A DNA stretch of 64,000 bases from Squalus acanthias (taxonomy: Eukaryota), in the NCBI GenBank assembly GCA_030390025.1, contig CM059432.1:134852001-134916000 (forward strand). The letters are read 5' to 3'. Below the pieces are notes generated by a model. The model saw only the letters and a list, made by a program, of their open reading frames with translations, was not told the DNA's origin and searched no databases. Position numbers and translations under genes: made by a program. Shown here piece by piece: positions 49,409 to 62,365 of the stretch. Every line of letters begins with the position of its first letter. Within the stretch, counting starts at the first letter, position 1.

Positions 49409-51300
49409 GGGGGGAAAAATTCGGTTGCTTAGCGCGTCCCGTTAGCGCCTCCGGGCGGTGCTAACGGGGCGCTAGGAAGTTAGCGCCCGAGTGCGGCGAT
49501 GTTAGCGCCGCTCGCAAAATTGACCAGACATTTTGCGGCGGTGTTAAACACTACCGCCACGATCTCCTGCGCTCGCAGATCGTGACATCAGTCGAGCGTG
49601 CAACGCCCCGGTAGCGCCCCGGACCGGATATTGAGTGGCACCCCCTGCCTTTCCGCCTGCCGCTAGCAGCGACAGGTAGAGGGGTGCGTTTTGCAGTCGG
49701 GAAGGACTGGAGGAGCGCTATTTAAAGGCAGCCGCTTCCTGCCTTTTTTTGTCGGCGACATTTTTGCACCACGCATTCTGAGAGGGAGAGAGACTTCTGG
49801 AGAGATTCAATGCTGTGTGAAGGAGTTTTGGGTCCTGAGCAGCACTTTGCAGGTTCATTTTGATTTGACCTTCCTTGTAGTCGATTTAGAAGAGACTATG
49901 GGGGCTGCACTGAATCGGGGCGTCGTCCTGTATCTGCAGAATCAGAGGCAGCAGAGACACAGAGAGAGAATGGCGAACATGGCCAGAGGGAGGAGGGCCA
50001 ACAGGCCTCTGCACAGGAGACCTTACCCTCTGAGGGTATTCAGGGAGCAGTTCTCATACCTTCATTTGTCTGAGGAGCAGTGTTTGCACAGGCTGTGCTT
50101 CAGCAAGGAGGTGGTCACTGAGCTCTGCCACCTGCTGCAGCCAGATCTGCAGCCTCAACTGAGGACCAGGATGTCTCTGTCGGTGGCAGTGAAGGTGACA
50201 GTGGCTCTGAATTTTTATGCCACCGGCTCCTTTTAAGCTTCTACTGGGGACATCGCCAATATCTCCCAGTTCACTCTCCATTGTTGTATCCGAGAGGTGA
50301 GAAATGCCCTGTATAAAAGGAGACGCCAGTACATCTCTTTCCCCATGACCCGGGCCAAACAGCATGAACAGCATGTGACTTTGCTAGGATAGCGGGCTTT
50401 CCCCATGGTGCAGGGCGCCATTGACTGCACGCATGTAGCATTGTGGGCACTGCATGAGAATGCAGAGGTATTCCGAAACTGCAAGGGCTACCACTCCTTA
50501 AATGTCCAGTTGGTCTGTGACCACACACAGCTCATACTCGCAGTCAATGCCTGCTATCCTGGCAGCAGCCACGATGCTTTCATCCTGCGCCAGACTGGTG
50601 TGCCAGACCTTTTCCAGGCACCGTATCACCCAAGTGGATGGCTCCTCGGGGACAAGAGTTATCCGCTCTGCACCTGGCTGATGACACCGCTCCGTAACCC
50701 CAACAGTCCTGCTGAGCTGCGGTATAATGAGAGCCATATCGCCACCAGGAACATAATTGAGCAGACGATTGGCGTGCTGAAGCACCTGAGGAGGAGGAAG
50801 AGGAGGAGGGAGAGGAGGAGGAGGAGGAGGAGGAGGATCAGCAGCAGCACCAACGTGGGAGGGAGGCGCACAATGTTGCCAGTGCAAGGGTCGTCCATGA
50901 ACGGCTAATAAGAAGCCGCTTCTAGGCCCCTACTCAGAAGATGGCTTCTGGCATGGAGAACAACATCATGGAAAGCAACCCGCACCCGCTATTGCTGGCC
51001 AAAGCTGGAATGATTCCAAAGACCAAAAATGTAAATTTTGAATACAAAACTTTTTTATTTAACAAACTCTGTGTGTGTCATTTATTCAGGACAAACAATT
51101 AGTAACCAACACAACAAATCATGAACTAACAGAACTCATTCTCACAAGATGGAGATAAACGGCAAAACAGTAAACAAATGTGATCACACGAACCTCTAAT
51201 GGTGTCAGCAGGCTGTTTGCATCTTCCAATGTTTACCTTATGTGCTCCCAAATCTAGTGCCATCACTTCAGCCAGGATGTCCAAGGCTCCGATTGAGACA
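49409..51300 (+). mobile_element. Harbinger transposon, left part; right TIR not located
   Basis: Left TIR GGGGGGAAAAATTCG, repeated GTTAGCGCC subterminal motifs, TATTTAAA box and transposase relic. Confidence 0.8.
49898..50925 (+). pseudogene. Harbinger DDE transposase with a stop, a frameshift and a C-terminal deletion
   Basis: [59 protein letters not shown] and IIEQTIGVLK, then a jump into the (GAG)n acidic tail. Confidence 0.92.
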
Positions 51301-53819
51301 CTTTTGGAACAGTAAAGACAAAGTGCATTTAAGAGACAGTTTACCCCTTGGATGGCCTGGTGGGTAAAGACACCATCCAGAAGGTCACAGGTTCAATGCC
51401 TGATCTGTGCTGAGTTAGGTGATCAGGGAAGCAATTGGAGTGCTACCATTGGAATGAGGGGGGGTGGGGCCATCCACTTTCAGAAAGGGGGAGCCTTGGC
51501 TACCTAGGCTGCTTGACCATGGCGGACAAGGCCCTAGAAAAACTCCCATCTGGTTTTACGCAGCTTTGTGGATTTTGGTATTGAAGAAATAACATTTGCC
51601 AAATGGAACTCGGCGATAAGGTAACTCAAGTAGACACAGATGAGGATATTCTCCTATTTCAGCAGGTTGCTAAGTATCCACAGTCTTACGGGTATAATCG
51701 GCCAGATCACATTTCCTTTGCAGCATTGATTTCTGCTGTGGGAAAAGGCAAAATAAGTCCCAGGATTCCTGTTGCAAAATGCATTTGGCTTCTGGAACTG
51801 AATAAAATTCATACGGACAGAATTGTTGCAGACACGACACGAACTGTTGTTAAACAATCGCGCCAAATTTACTGTCTGTAAAGAGAAATGCTTTCAATTA
51901 GGTAGCTATTGGAGCAAAAGCTGCCAGTCATTAAATTCAGTCATATAATCCATGATTAACCATGATCTATCATTTCAAGTGTCAGTTAACCTCTGTTGGT
52001 AAAATTCTCACCTCATTGGAAAAAGTTTTTGGGTTAAAGCCCTATTCTAGGACTTGAACACAATATCTAGCCTGACTCTTCAGTGCAGAACTGAGGGAAT
52101 CTTGCTGTCATTCAGATAAGATATTAAACCTAGGCTCCATCTGGATTTCATGTGAAGCACTTTGGGATTTTTCCAGGGGACGAGATAAGGAATTGTATAA
52201 ATGCAAGTATTCTTTCTTAGACAAACTATTTAGTCACCCTTAAGGTGGCAATTTAAAAACTTGCATTTACATAGCCACTTATCACTTGGAAGTACCACTA
52301 GCTGCTTTTATCCATTGAGCTACCAGTTCAATACAAGATGCTCTGTTTGCACATAGTAAAAGGCTGGGCTGTGGGGCTTACAGTAGACAGCGTGACTTTT
52401 CACAACGCGCAAGGATGACTAGCTGGAAACTTTCCATGATAAACACTGGATATATTATTAACCAAAGATGAAGGAACGGTGATGCATTTCCAAGTCAGGA
52501 TGATGTGTGACTTGGAGGGGAACTTGGAGGTGGTGGTGTTCCCAGGCACCTGCTGCCCTTGTCCTTCGAGGTGGTAGAGGTCCCGGGTTTGGGAGGTGCT
52601 CTGGATTTTACTGTCTTCTTCCAAATATTTATTTGGAATCAGACTTTTGCACGCATGAAGCCAACCTCAGAAACTCACTGCCTATTGTTATCAAACAATC
52701 CTCATCCTTATCACTACTTAAATGTTTAATGCAAAGTTACTCACAGTTGAAACGCATCTGTAATCATGCCTAGTTTATTGGTAGTTATTTTATAATGTTG
52801 TTTTATTTTGTTTACATTATGAATCATGCCCATTCTGATCTTCATGGCAGGCTCTCTTTATAGACTAGCTGTTTTAAATTAAATTGAGCTCTTCGATATA
52901 AAAGTGTTAAATAACTAGAACTTTGAACTGTGTCAAAAGTGTAACTCATATGAGTTGAAGATTAAAAACAGGAAATTACAGAGGAACTAGACAGAGGTCG
53001 TCATTTTTTGAGTGACTAGATTTAGAATTTCAGCAAACTGCAAATAAGGAGTTACTTCATTTGACAATAATATGGCTGCAGTGTGTACCATCTACAAGAT
53101 GCACTGCAACAACTCGCCAAGGCTTCTTCGGCAGCACCTCCCAAATCCGCGACCTCTACCACCTAGAAGGACAAGGACAGCAGGCGCATGGGAACACCAC
53201 CAACTGCAAGTTCCCCTCCAAGTCACACGCCATCCTGACTTGGAAATATGTTGCCGTTCCTTCATCGTCGCTGGGTCAAAATCCTGGAACTCCCTCCCTA
53301 ACAGCACTGTGGAAGTACCTTCACCACACGGACTGCAGCGGTTCAAGAAGGTGGCTCACCAACACCTTCTCAAGGGCAATTAGGGATGGGCAATAAATGG
53401 TGGCTTTGCCAGCAACCCCTACACCCTATGAATGAATAAAAAAAAGTTTGAGGATATTTTCCCAATGCACAAGACACGCCTTAATTTCTTCCTATGTTGT
53501 ACCACCTTAGATACCAAGCAACACTAAACAGTCTCTGTGAGCTGAGAGTCTGGATAAGTCAATTAAGAAGCAGGTAATAAATAGACGATTAGTATGAGGG
53601 AAGAACGCCTCTGTGCCCTATGGTGCTGATACTGTGGATCCATGCCCTATTCTTTGAGCACTGTAGTACAGAGAACTGACCTGGTTCTATAATGTAACTT
53701 CAGCTCATATACATGAAAATCTGCGCTCCCAATGGACAGCACATAACATCCTGGGAGAGCCCTTGGGTCAAGGGGCAGGCTAGCCACTGTCGCTCACCCT
53801 TAAAACTCTCCTGTTCCAA

Positions 53820-54076
53820 ATGAGGAGGAGAAAAGGCTGCAGAAAATGCACGGGGCAGTACGGGCCGATTTAATAAAGCAGCTTTGGAGGTGCTGCTGGA
53901 GGAGCTCCTGTGACGAAGAGTGGCCCTTTCTGGAGCTGAGATTCAGCCACCAGTGAAGAGGAATTTCATAACAGCCTGAATAGAAGTGGCTGAAAGAGTG
54001 AACGATGTCTGACTTATGCACCAGACCTGGGAGCAAGGGGGAAAGAAATGTACTGGTCTCATGAAGGTTGCCAAGA
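53820..54076 (+). pseudogene. Decayed Harbinger-type Myb/SANT exon
   Basis: RFNKAALEVLLEELL*RRVALF...IEVAERVN...TWEQGGKKCTGLMKVAK. Confidence 0.6.
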
Positions 54077-54094
54077 TATGTTATGTTCACAAAG

Positions 54095-54265
54095 AAAAAC
54101 AGAAAATGCTGCAGGCTCTCAGCAGGTCAGGCAGCATCTGTGGAGACAGAAACAGAGTTAATGTTTCAGGTCGATGACCTTTCTCTCCACAGATGCTGCT
54201 TGACCTGCTGAGAGCCTGCAGCATTTTCTGTTTTTATTTCAGATTTTCAGCATCCGCAGTATTTT
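54095..54265. mobile_element. Palindromic shark repeat (Penelope terminal-repeat-like) with 52-bp inverted arms
   Basis: Arms 54095-54146 and 54184-54235, one mismatch. Confidence 0.7.
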
Positions 54266-54458
54266 ACTTAAGTTCTGTTCGCATTTTGCTTACTTTTATA
54301 ATGTTGGTTTACAAAGTATCTTTAACAGACATTCCATTGTTGTTGAAATTCCTGGTTCTGGCAAACAATGCATCAATTACTTGCTGGATACAATTGGAGA
54401 CTGAAGCTTGGGAGGCGTGATAGGGATTTCCCACAATTGCCTGGAAGAATTTTACTGT

Positions 54459-55177
54459 GACCCAGAATTTGCGGTGGGTATTAACGGCGAACAAAATCCT
54501 GAAGTTGCAGTCAGTCATTCACTGCTCCGACAGTAGCTGCGTTGTGGCCCCACCTGCCCCATAGCCGGCAATCAGTGTAATCAGTGAAATCAGTGAAATC
54601 AGTGAAACTGACGAAAACTTGGCTTTTCCGCGGTATTATCGCTGTTAAATACCCCAGTAAATGTTAGGCCTTGTTGGAATAGGTGTAACTGGGGTTTTAA
54701 CAGTGTATTGACTGCTAAATAAACGTTATGGCCCTGTAAAACTAATTTTAATTTTGTGGCATGTCAAATTTCTCCATTATGATAAAAATTACAATTCTTA
54801 AGAAAATTAAAAAAAAATGTTTTAAATATTTTTTTAAGTTTGTTCATGATATTTCAGGTTCTTACCTTATCCCCATGTGTGAGCCTCAATCTTTGTTTTT
54901 GCTCTCTGTAACATTTTTAAAAAGTTGGGAATAAAAGCAGGCTCTCATTTCCCACTTCCCTGCCTTTGAGAATTCTGCGATGTGATTGGCTGCTAAGACA
55001 GCTTGTTGACATCACAGCAGATCGCGCTAGGGAATCCCTACTGTACTGCACTGAAATCACTTACGCGTTGAAAAAGGCAAACTTCTCGCCACAGGGATTG
55101 CGAGATATCTGCAGGCAGCTTTCTTTGGGGCCAACGGCGAACGTCTTTGCTTCGCTGCTGACCGCATATTCCGGGTC
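54459..55177. mobile_element. Harbinger-type MITE, copy D (more distant family)
   Basis: TGT|GACCCAGAATTTGCGGT...ACCGCATATTCCGGGTC|AGT with an AT-rich core. Confidence 0.78.
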
Positions 55178-55994
55178 AGTATAAAAGTTCAAAGCAGCTG
55201 ATCTTTCTCTGATCCTTCTCCTCTCCCAGAGCCTGCAAATACAGAAGAATACCCATAACTGGACGCTAAATTTGCTTTCTAACAACAGCAGCTGTATAAG
55301 CAGTCCTGATGAAAGATTAGCTAATAGAAAGGTAAAACATGCTTCAATAAATTCCTTTGCCCAACAAGACTGTAACAGTGCAGAAACAATCAGTTGCAGT
55401 AACAACAGTGTACCTTTAATAAACAGGACTCAACTGAAGAGAGCAGGTCTTCCTAACAGCATCCACTATATAGGCATTCAGCCTATTGGGTATTGATCAT
55501 GGGAGTACCTTGACCACAGGGACTGCAGCGGTTCAAGAAGGCGGCTCACCACAACTTCTCAAGGGCAATTAGGGATGGGCAATAAATGTTGGCCTTGCCA
55601 GCGACGCCCACACCCCATAAACGAATTTAAAAAAAAATCCCATTCATAATATGGGAAGCACCCTCATTAACATAACATTGTAGACTTTAATGAGTCTTAT
55701 GCAGTATCTCTGCACAGGTTCCATGCATTCAAAGTGCTTCAGGGTTGCACTTTGTTACGCCCTGTGCATCAGGTGCATGACGGGCTTCAGGCCTCTGCCC
55801 CCAATAACATGGGAAGCAGGTGCCCAATGTACATCGGTGCTTTGAGTGCCCGTCATTGCATTAATGGCCTCTATGTGTCTGCTTCTATTCTCCCGCCCAC
55901 CTGACCAGCTCATTCCCTGTGTCTGACTGATTGAAGTCTGTGCCAGGATGGACTGTGCCCTCCAGTTCATCTTCTTTTGGGCGAGCCTAGGTCT

Positions 55995-57590
55995 GCATCA
56001 AATGGTGAAGGAACCAATACGAGGGAATAACTTACTTGACCGAGAATCATAGAACCATAGAATGGTTACAGCACAGAAGGAGGCCATTTGGCCCGTCGAG
56101 CCCATGCCGGCTCTCTGCTAGTCCCACTCCCCACCGCCTTTTCTCCGTAGCCCTGCAAATTCTTTTCCTTCAGGTACTTATCCAACTCCCTTTTGAAAGC
56201 CACGATTGAGTCTGCCTCCACCACCCTTTCAGGGCAGTGCATTCCAGATCATAACCACTCACTGCGTAAAAAATGTTTTCCTCATGTCGCCTTTGGTTCT
56301 TCTGCCAATCACCTTAAATCTGTGTCCTCTGGCTCTCGACCCTTCTGCCAATGGGAACAGTTTCTCTCTATCTACACTGTCCAGACCCCTCATGATTTTG
56401 AACACCTCTATCAAACCTGCTCAACCTTCTCTGCTCTAAGGAGAACAACCCTAGCTTCTCTAGTCTAGCCACGTAACTGAAGTCCCTCATCCCTGAAACC
56501 ATTCTTGTAAATCTTTTCTGCACCCTCTCTAAGGCCTTCACATTCTTCTTAAAGTGCAGTGCCCAGAATTGGACACAATACTCCAGTTGAGGCTGAACCA
56601 GTGTTTATAAAGGTTCATCATAACTTCCTTGCTTTTGTACTCGATGCCTCTATTTATGAAGCCCAGGATCCTGTATGCTTTTTTAACTGCTTTCTCAACT
56701 TGCCCTGCCACCTTCAACAATTTGTGCATATATACCCCCAGGTCTCTCTATTCATACACCCATTTAGAATTGTACCATTTAGTTTATATTGCCTCTCCTC
56801 ATTATTCCTACCAAAATGTAACACTTTGCACTTCCCTGCATTAAATTTCATCTGCCACGTGTCCACCCATTTCACCAGCCTGTCTACGTCCTCTTGAAGT
56901 CCATCACTATCCTCCTCACTGTTCACTATACTTCCAAGTTTTGTGTCATCTGCAAATTTTGAAATTGTGCCCTGTACACCCAAGTCCAAGTCATTAATAT
57001 ACTCATCCTCACTGACCTGTTGCAGACCTGTCTATCCATGATACGATTGGCATGAGTGACCACCACAAAGTCCTACTGAAGACAAAGTCTCATCTTTGCA
57101 GTGAGGACTCACTGCATCATGTCATGTCGCATGACCAGTGTGCTAAGTGGGGCAGGCTAAGGACAGATCTAGCAGCCCAAAACTGGGCATCCATCACACA
57201 AGGTGGGTCATCAGCAGCAGAATTGTGTACCTTCACAATTTGTATGAGAACTCATTTTTAATGTGGAAGCAAGTCATCCTCGGTTCCGAGGGACTGCCTA
57301 AGAAGAAGAACCTCATGGCCCAACATATTCTCCATCCTCAATCTTCCATCACTATCAAACCAGGAGATCACCTGGCTCAATGGAGAGTGTAGAAGAGCGT
57401 GCCAGCAGCAGCAACAGGCATACCTTAGAATGAAGCTACAACAGAGCTACCTGTATGCTAAACACCAAAAGCAGCAGGCTATAGACAGAGCAAAGTGTTC
57501 CCACAACCAATGGATCAGTGCTACCATACTGTGGTCTGACCACGCTGAATTGAGAATGGTTCCTGAACAGTCAAGCAACTAATGGGAGGA
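55995..57590 (+). mobile_element. Old LINE AP-endonuclease-region fragment split by CR1 (56045-57000) and an RTE tail (57245-57310)
   Basis: QMVKEPIRGNNLLD before the CR1 and ILT...IGMSDHHKV after it. Confidence 0.65.
56045..57000 (-). mobile_element. CR1/HER1-type LINE fragment
   Basis: Reverse strand DLGVQGTISKFADDTKLGSIVNSEED plus 3' tail. Confidence 0.92.
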
Positions 57591-58005
57591 AGAATGAAAG
57601 ATTTGGATTTATATAGCACCTTTCACAACCTCAGGACATCCCAAAGTGCTTTACAGCCAATGAAGTACTTTTGAAGTGTAGTCACTGTTGTAATGTGGGA
57701 AATGCAGCAGCCAATTTGCGCACAGCAAGCTCCCACAAACAGCAATGTGATAATGACCAGATAATCTGTCTTTGTTATGTTGGTTGAGGGATAATTATTG
57801 GCCAGGTCACCGGGGATAACTCCCCTGCTCTTCTTCGAAATAGCGCCATGGGCTCTTTTACGTCCACCTGAGAGAGCAGACGGGCCCTCGGTTTAACGTC
57901 TCATCCGAAAGGTTTTTCTGCTCAAGTCTTCTGGAGTGAGACTTGAACCCACGACCTTCTGACTCAAGGGCGAGAGTGCTACCAACTGAGCCAGGGTTGA
58001 CACTG

Positions 58006-58839
58006 GGGGGTGATTTTGCCAATGGGGAGCTTTTGGAGGCGGGACTCCCACTTGTCGGGTTTCAGTCCCGCCTCCATCAACTTCTGGCCAACCCACGCTA
58101 TTTTCCCTTGATTGATCTTGTTAAGCCCGCCCAGTGGGCTTAGCAGGCCAATTATGCGGAAGCTGGTTACAGAGAATGTCAATGTATGACGTTTCATCTG
58201 TCAAAAATTTTTGACAGATGAATTGTCATTGTTTGACAGCTCTGTGAAGCTGTCAAACACTGATATTCTCTGTAGTTTGATGAGGTCTTGAATTCAAGAT
58301 CTTGTCAAACTTCTTTCTTTTGCAGAAATGAGATGGTTGTTGCATTGGAGAATGCAACGGCCATCTGTCATATCTTCCGCGGAGGTGGGAGACTCTCCGT
58401 ATACCCACCGCCTGAAGCCTGCAGGAAGAAACAAAGGTAAGTACACTTTTTCTAACACTTTGCACTTACCTCAGATACTCACCTCTCCACTCTTGCACCC
58501 ATCACTCACCTCCACAGCACACTTTTGGACCCCTCCGACCCCCGCAGACCCAGTACTCGCCTCGCTGACCTAGCGGGTTTCGGAGCCTTCAGGAAGCCCG
58601 CACTTGTGAGGGCAAAAAGGGGATAATCCTATTTTCTGCCTGTTAACTACCTGTTAACAGGCAGTTAATAGGCTTTAATCCCTTCCCGCCTCCAAGGAGA
58701 CGGGACCCGGCATGGGACGGCTACCTGCCTCCTGGCAAGATGGCATGGAGGCGGATTGGGCACCCGCCCCTAACTTCTGCCATTTTCCTGGCAGTCCCGC
58801 CTCCATACCTGCCTCCCCAGGGCTGGCAAAATCGCCCCC
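58006..58839. mobile_element. Harbinger non-autonomous element related to 39150-41618
   Basis: TIR GGGGGTGATTTTGCCA / TGGCAAAATCGCCCCC, repeated CCCGCCTCC motifs and a residual Myb-like exon end (PEACRKKQ, gtaagt) near 58410-58442. Confidence 0.8.
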
Positions 58840-61184
58840 TTCATGTCCATCCCCATCCTCAACGATGGTGGAGCCCAGCACATGAATGCAAGACACAAGA
58901 CCTCCCCACCTCCCTCTCCTCCTTGAAGATTCTCCTTAAAGCCAACACCTCTTCAACCAAGCTTTTGCCACACCTTCTAATATCTCCTTAATTGGCTCAG
59001 TGCTCAGTTTTTCCTTACACCTCTGTGAAGTGCTATGGGTCATTTTTTTCTATGTTAAAGGTGCTATATCAATGCAAGTTGTTATTGTTGTTATTGCTGC
59101 ATTGGTACAGTATAACTGGAGCATTCATTCTAATTAATTCAAAGATTAAAATAAAATAATAACACCCAAGTTTCTTCAACAATAGATATTGGCATCTATT
59201 ACGGCATGAACTTACATTTTTAGAGTGCGCTATTCCGGCCTGTTCCAAGAACTGAAGGTGGATTTCCCTATACCTCCAGTAAGGCAATAACATTCTGCTT
59301 TAGGGTGTCAGTATTATATTTATCTGCCAGTCTTTAAGAAATTATTCTATTATTAATTCCATTAGTCGATCCAACATCCATTTACCACAGTATTTCTTGG
59401 TATGTATTTCTTTGTTAATATTAATTCTGCAAGCTAGCTTTCATTTTGATAATACAGGCCATATTGTAAGACAGGTTGATTGTCATGTTTTGAGATTTTT
59501 AGCCGAAAGGATTTGGAAAAAAGTGCAACTTTAAAGGGCTGTGTTTTAAAGCAAAGTGTATTGTCACCGGTTTTAAAAAGGTACTGAAACAAAAGGTGAT
59601 TGAAGTGCTAATGAACTAGGCTTTGAAGTTGTTTCTTCAAAGACTGAAAACAATCAGCAGTTAATTTGCCTATTTCAGTAAACGATAAACACCTCACGCC
59701 CATTGTTGTAGGAGGTCCCTATTCCCAGGCGCTCAGTAGGGTTGTCTTGCGTAGGCCCTCTCAACAGATTGTAAACCTAGGAAGGTAAAAGACAGACAGA
59801 GACAGGCAGTCAAGATTTTAAACAAAAAACCGTGAGTACAAGTTTTCACCAGGATCAGAAGGTTAGGACGCAGGATAGTAGTTAGAAGCTATTTTATTTA
59901 AGTCAAGCAAGCTGACCCACTGATGTGGGGAACTGTAGCGTCTTCATTATTTTTTAAAATTATTACATAGAGACAAGTTGTACTGATTCAATTAAGCGAG
60001 TCTGATCAAAACTGTTGCTCTGGATGTACACTTGCTTTTAACTAAAGCAGCTTAACAATTTTTATCTGACCACATCTTACCAGGAGTTTCCTCAGTTCAC
60101 CTTTGAAAAGATTGGAGAGGTATGTGGAAACATGTGCAAAAGACATAAATATCTAATTTAGATCACATGGGGTACTATTGTTACACCACTGGGTTATGCC
60201 ATTACATAAGTAGGTATTGGGTAGTATGAGTGAACTCGGGCATGTAAGGGATGTGGGAACTGACACCACTGAACCTGAGAAGGTTTATACGCCAGACCCA
60301 AATTTGTAACATGGGGAATGAGGAAGGAAATGTTGATTTGTGTAGGTTTAAGCTAGTTTCGCTATCGTTTATTTTGCACCGCAGCTGCAGTGTGTACCAT
60401 CTACAAGATGCACTGCAGCAACTCGCCACGGCTTCTTCGACAGCACCTCCCAAACCCGCGACCTCTTTCACCTAGAAGGACAAGGGCAGCAGGTGCATTG
60501 GAACACCATCACCTCCAAGTTCCCCTCCAAGTCACACACCATCCTGACTTGGAAATATATCGCTGTTCCTTCATCGTCGCTGGGTCAAAAGCCTGGAACT
60601 CCCTCCCTAACAGCACTGTGGGAGTACCTTCACCACATGGACTGCAGCGGTTCAAGAAGGCGGCTCACCACCACCTTCTCAAGGGCAATTAAGGATGGGC
60701 AATAAATGCTGGCCTTGCCGGCGAGGACTACATCCCGTGAATGAACAGAGAAAAAACATAGGAAGCGGCAATTGGACTGTTAAAGTTGTTGCCAAAGAAT
60801 GTGTGGCGAGGCTATTATGGCAGGCATATTGAAGGAGTAGAGGGATTATTAGGCAGAGTATGTGAAGGGCTTATCAGCCCATTCATGGGAAAGGTTATCA
60901 TTCCTGAGTACCTGAATTAGATGGTGATAACTGCAATATTGTTCAAGCAGATCGGTCTTGGGAAATCCTACTTCAGAGTGACTTTCTAAAATTAGTATAA
61001 GTAGCTTTTAGTTCCCCCCCCTCCCCACAACCGCCAAAAAAGAGAAGTCAAGAATTTATTGCTATCAGCACAGGAACTAGTGCCATTTATTTCTATTTAT
61101 AAGGTCCAAATGTTAAATTTGGCTACACAAAGTGAATCATTGTTAAACTGCTGCAGTATTCTCCTGACTGAGAAAAGTAAAAAA

Positions 61185-62365
61185 AACAACAACAACAACA
61201 ACAACTTGTATTTATATAGCGCCTTTAATGTTGTAAAACGTCCCAAGGTGAGTCACAGGAGCTTTATCAAACAACATTTGACACCAAGCCACATAAGGAG
61301 ATATTAGGGCAGATGAGGTCAAAGAGGTGGGTTTTAAGGGGCGCCTTAAAGGAGGAAAGTGAGGTGGAGAGGCAGAGAGTTTTAGGGTGGGAATTCCAGA
61401 GCTTTAGGGCTGAGGCAGCTGAAAGCACGGCCGCCAATGGTGGAGCGATTAAAATCGGGGATGCTCAAGAGCCCAGAATTGGAGGAGCGCAGAGATCTCA
61501 GAGGGTTGTAGGGCTGGAGGAGGTTCCAGAGATAGGGAGGGGCGAGGCCATGGAGGGATTTGAAAACAAGGATGAGAATCTTAAAATCGAGACATTGCTT
61601 AACCGGGAGCCAATGTAGGTCAGCAAGCACCAGGGTGATGGGTGAACGGGACTCGGTGCGAGTTACAATACGGGCAGCAGAGTTTTGGATGCGTTTACGG
61701 AGGGTGGAAGATGGGAGGCCAATCAGGAGTGCTTTGGAATAGTCAAGTCTAGAGGTAACAATGGCATGGATGAGGGTTTTAGCAACAGATGAGCTGGGGC
61801 AAGGGCGGAGTTGGGCGATGTTACGGTGGTGGAAATAGACAATCTTTGTTATGCTGCGGATATGTGGTCGGAAGCTCATTTCTGGGTCAAATACGACACC
61901 AAGGTTGCGAACAGTGTGGTTCAGCCTCAGACAGATGCCAGGGGGAGGGATGGAGTCGATGGCTAGGGAATGGAGTTTGTGACGGGGACCGAAAACAATG
62001 GCTTCGGTCTTCCTAATATTTAGTTGGAGGAAACTTCTGCTCATCCAGTACTGGATGTCGGACAAGCAGTCTGAAAATTTAGAGACAGTGGAGGGGTTGA
62101 GAGAGGTGGTGGTGAGGTAGAGCTGGGTGTCGTCAGTGTACATGTGGAAACCGACGCTGTGTTTTCAGATGATGTCGCCGAGGGGCTGCTTGTAGATGAG
62201 AAATAGGAGGGGGCCAAGGATAGATCCTTGGGGGACACCAGAGGTAATAATGCAGGAGCGGGAAGAAAAGCCATTGCAGGTGATTCTCTGGCTACGACTG
62301 GATAGATAAGAATGGAACCAGGCGAGTGCAGTCCCACCCAGCTGGATGATGGTGGAGAGGCACAG
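61185..62365 (-). mobile_element. L2 LINE 3' fragment with RT ORF
   Basis: [19 protein letters not shown] 61382-62143 MYTDDTQLY...LQLNIRKTE...SRLDY...LHWLPV; (CAA)n tail. Confidence 0.93.

Noticed and set aside
49691..50925. Domesticated HARBI1 host gene
   Set aside because: A stop, frameshift, deletion and adjacent TIR show it is a transposon relic; the same applies to 39859-41094.
55300..55375. Hammerhead ribozyme (CTGATGA...GAAA)
   Set aside because: Stem II is weak and stems I/III do not close correctly around a UH site. The CTGATGA at ~62447 fails likewise.
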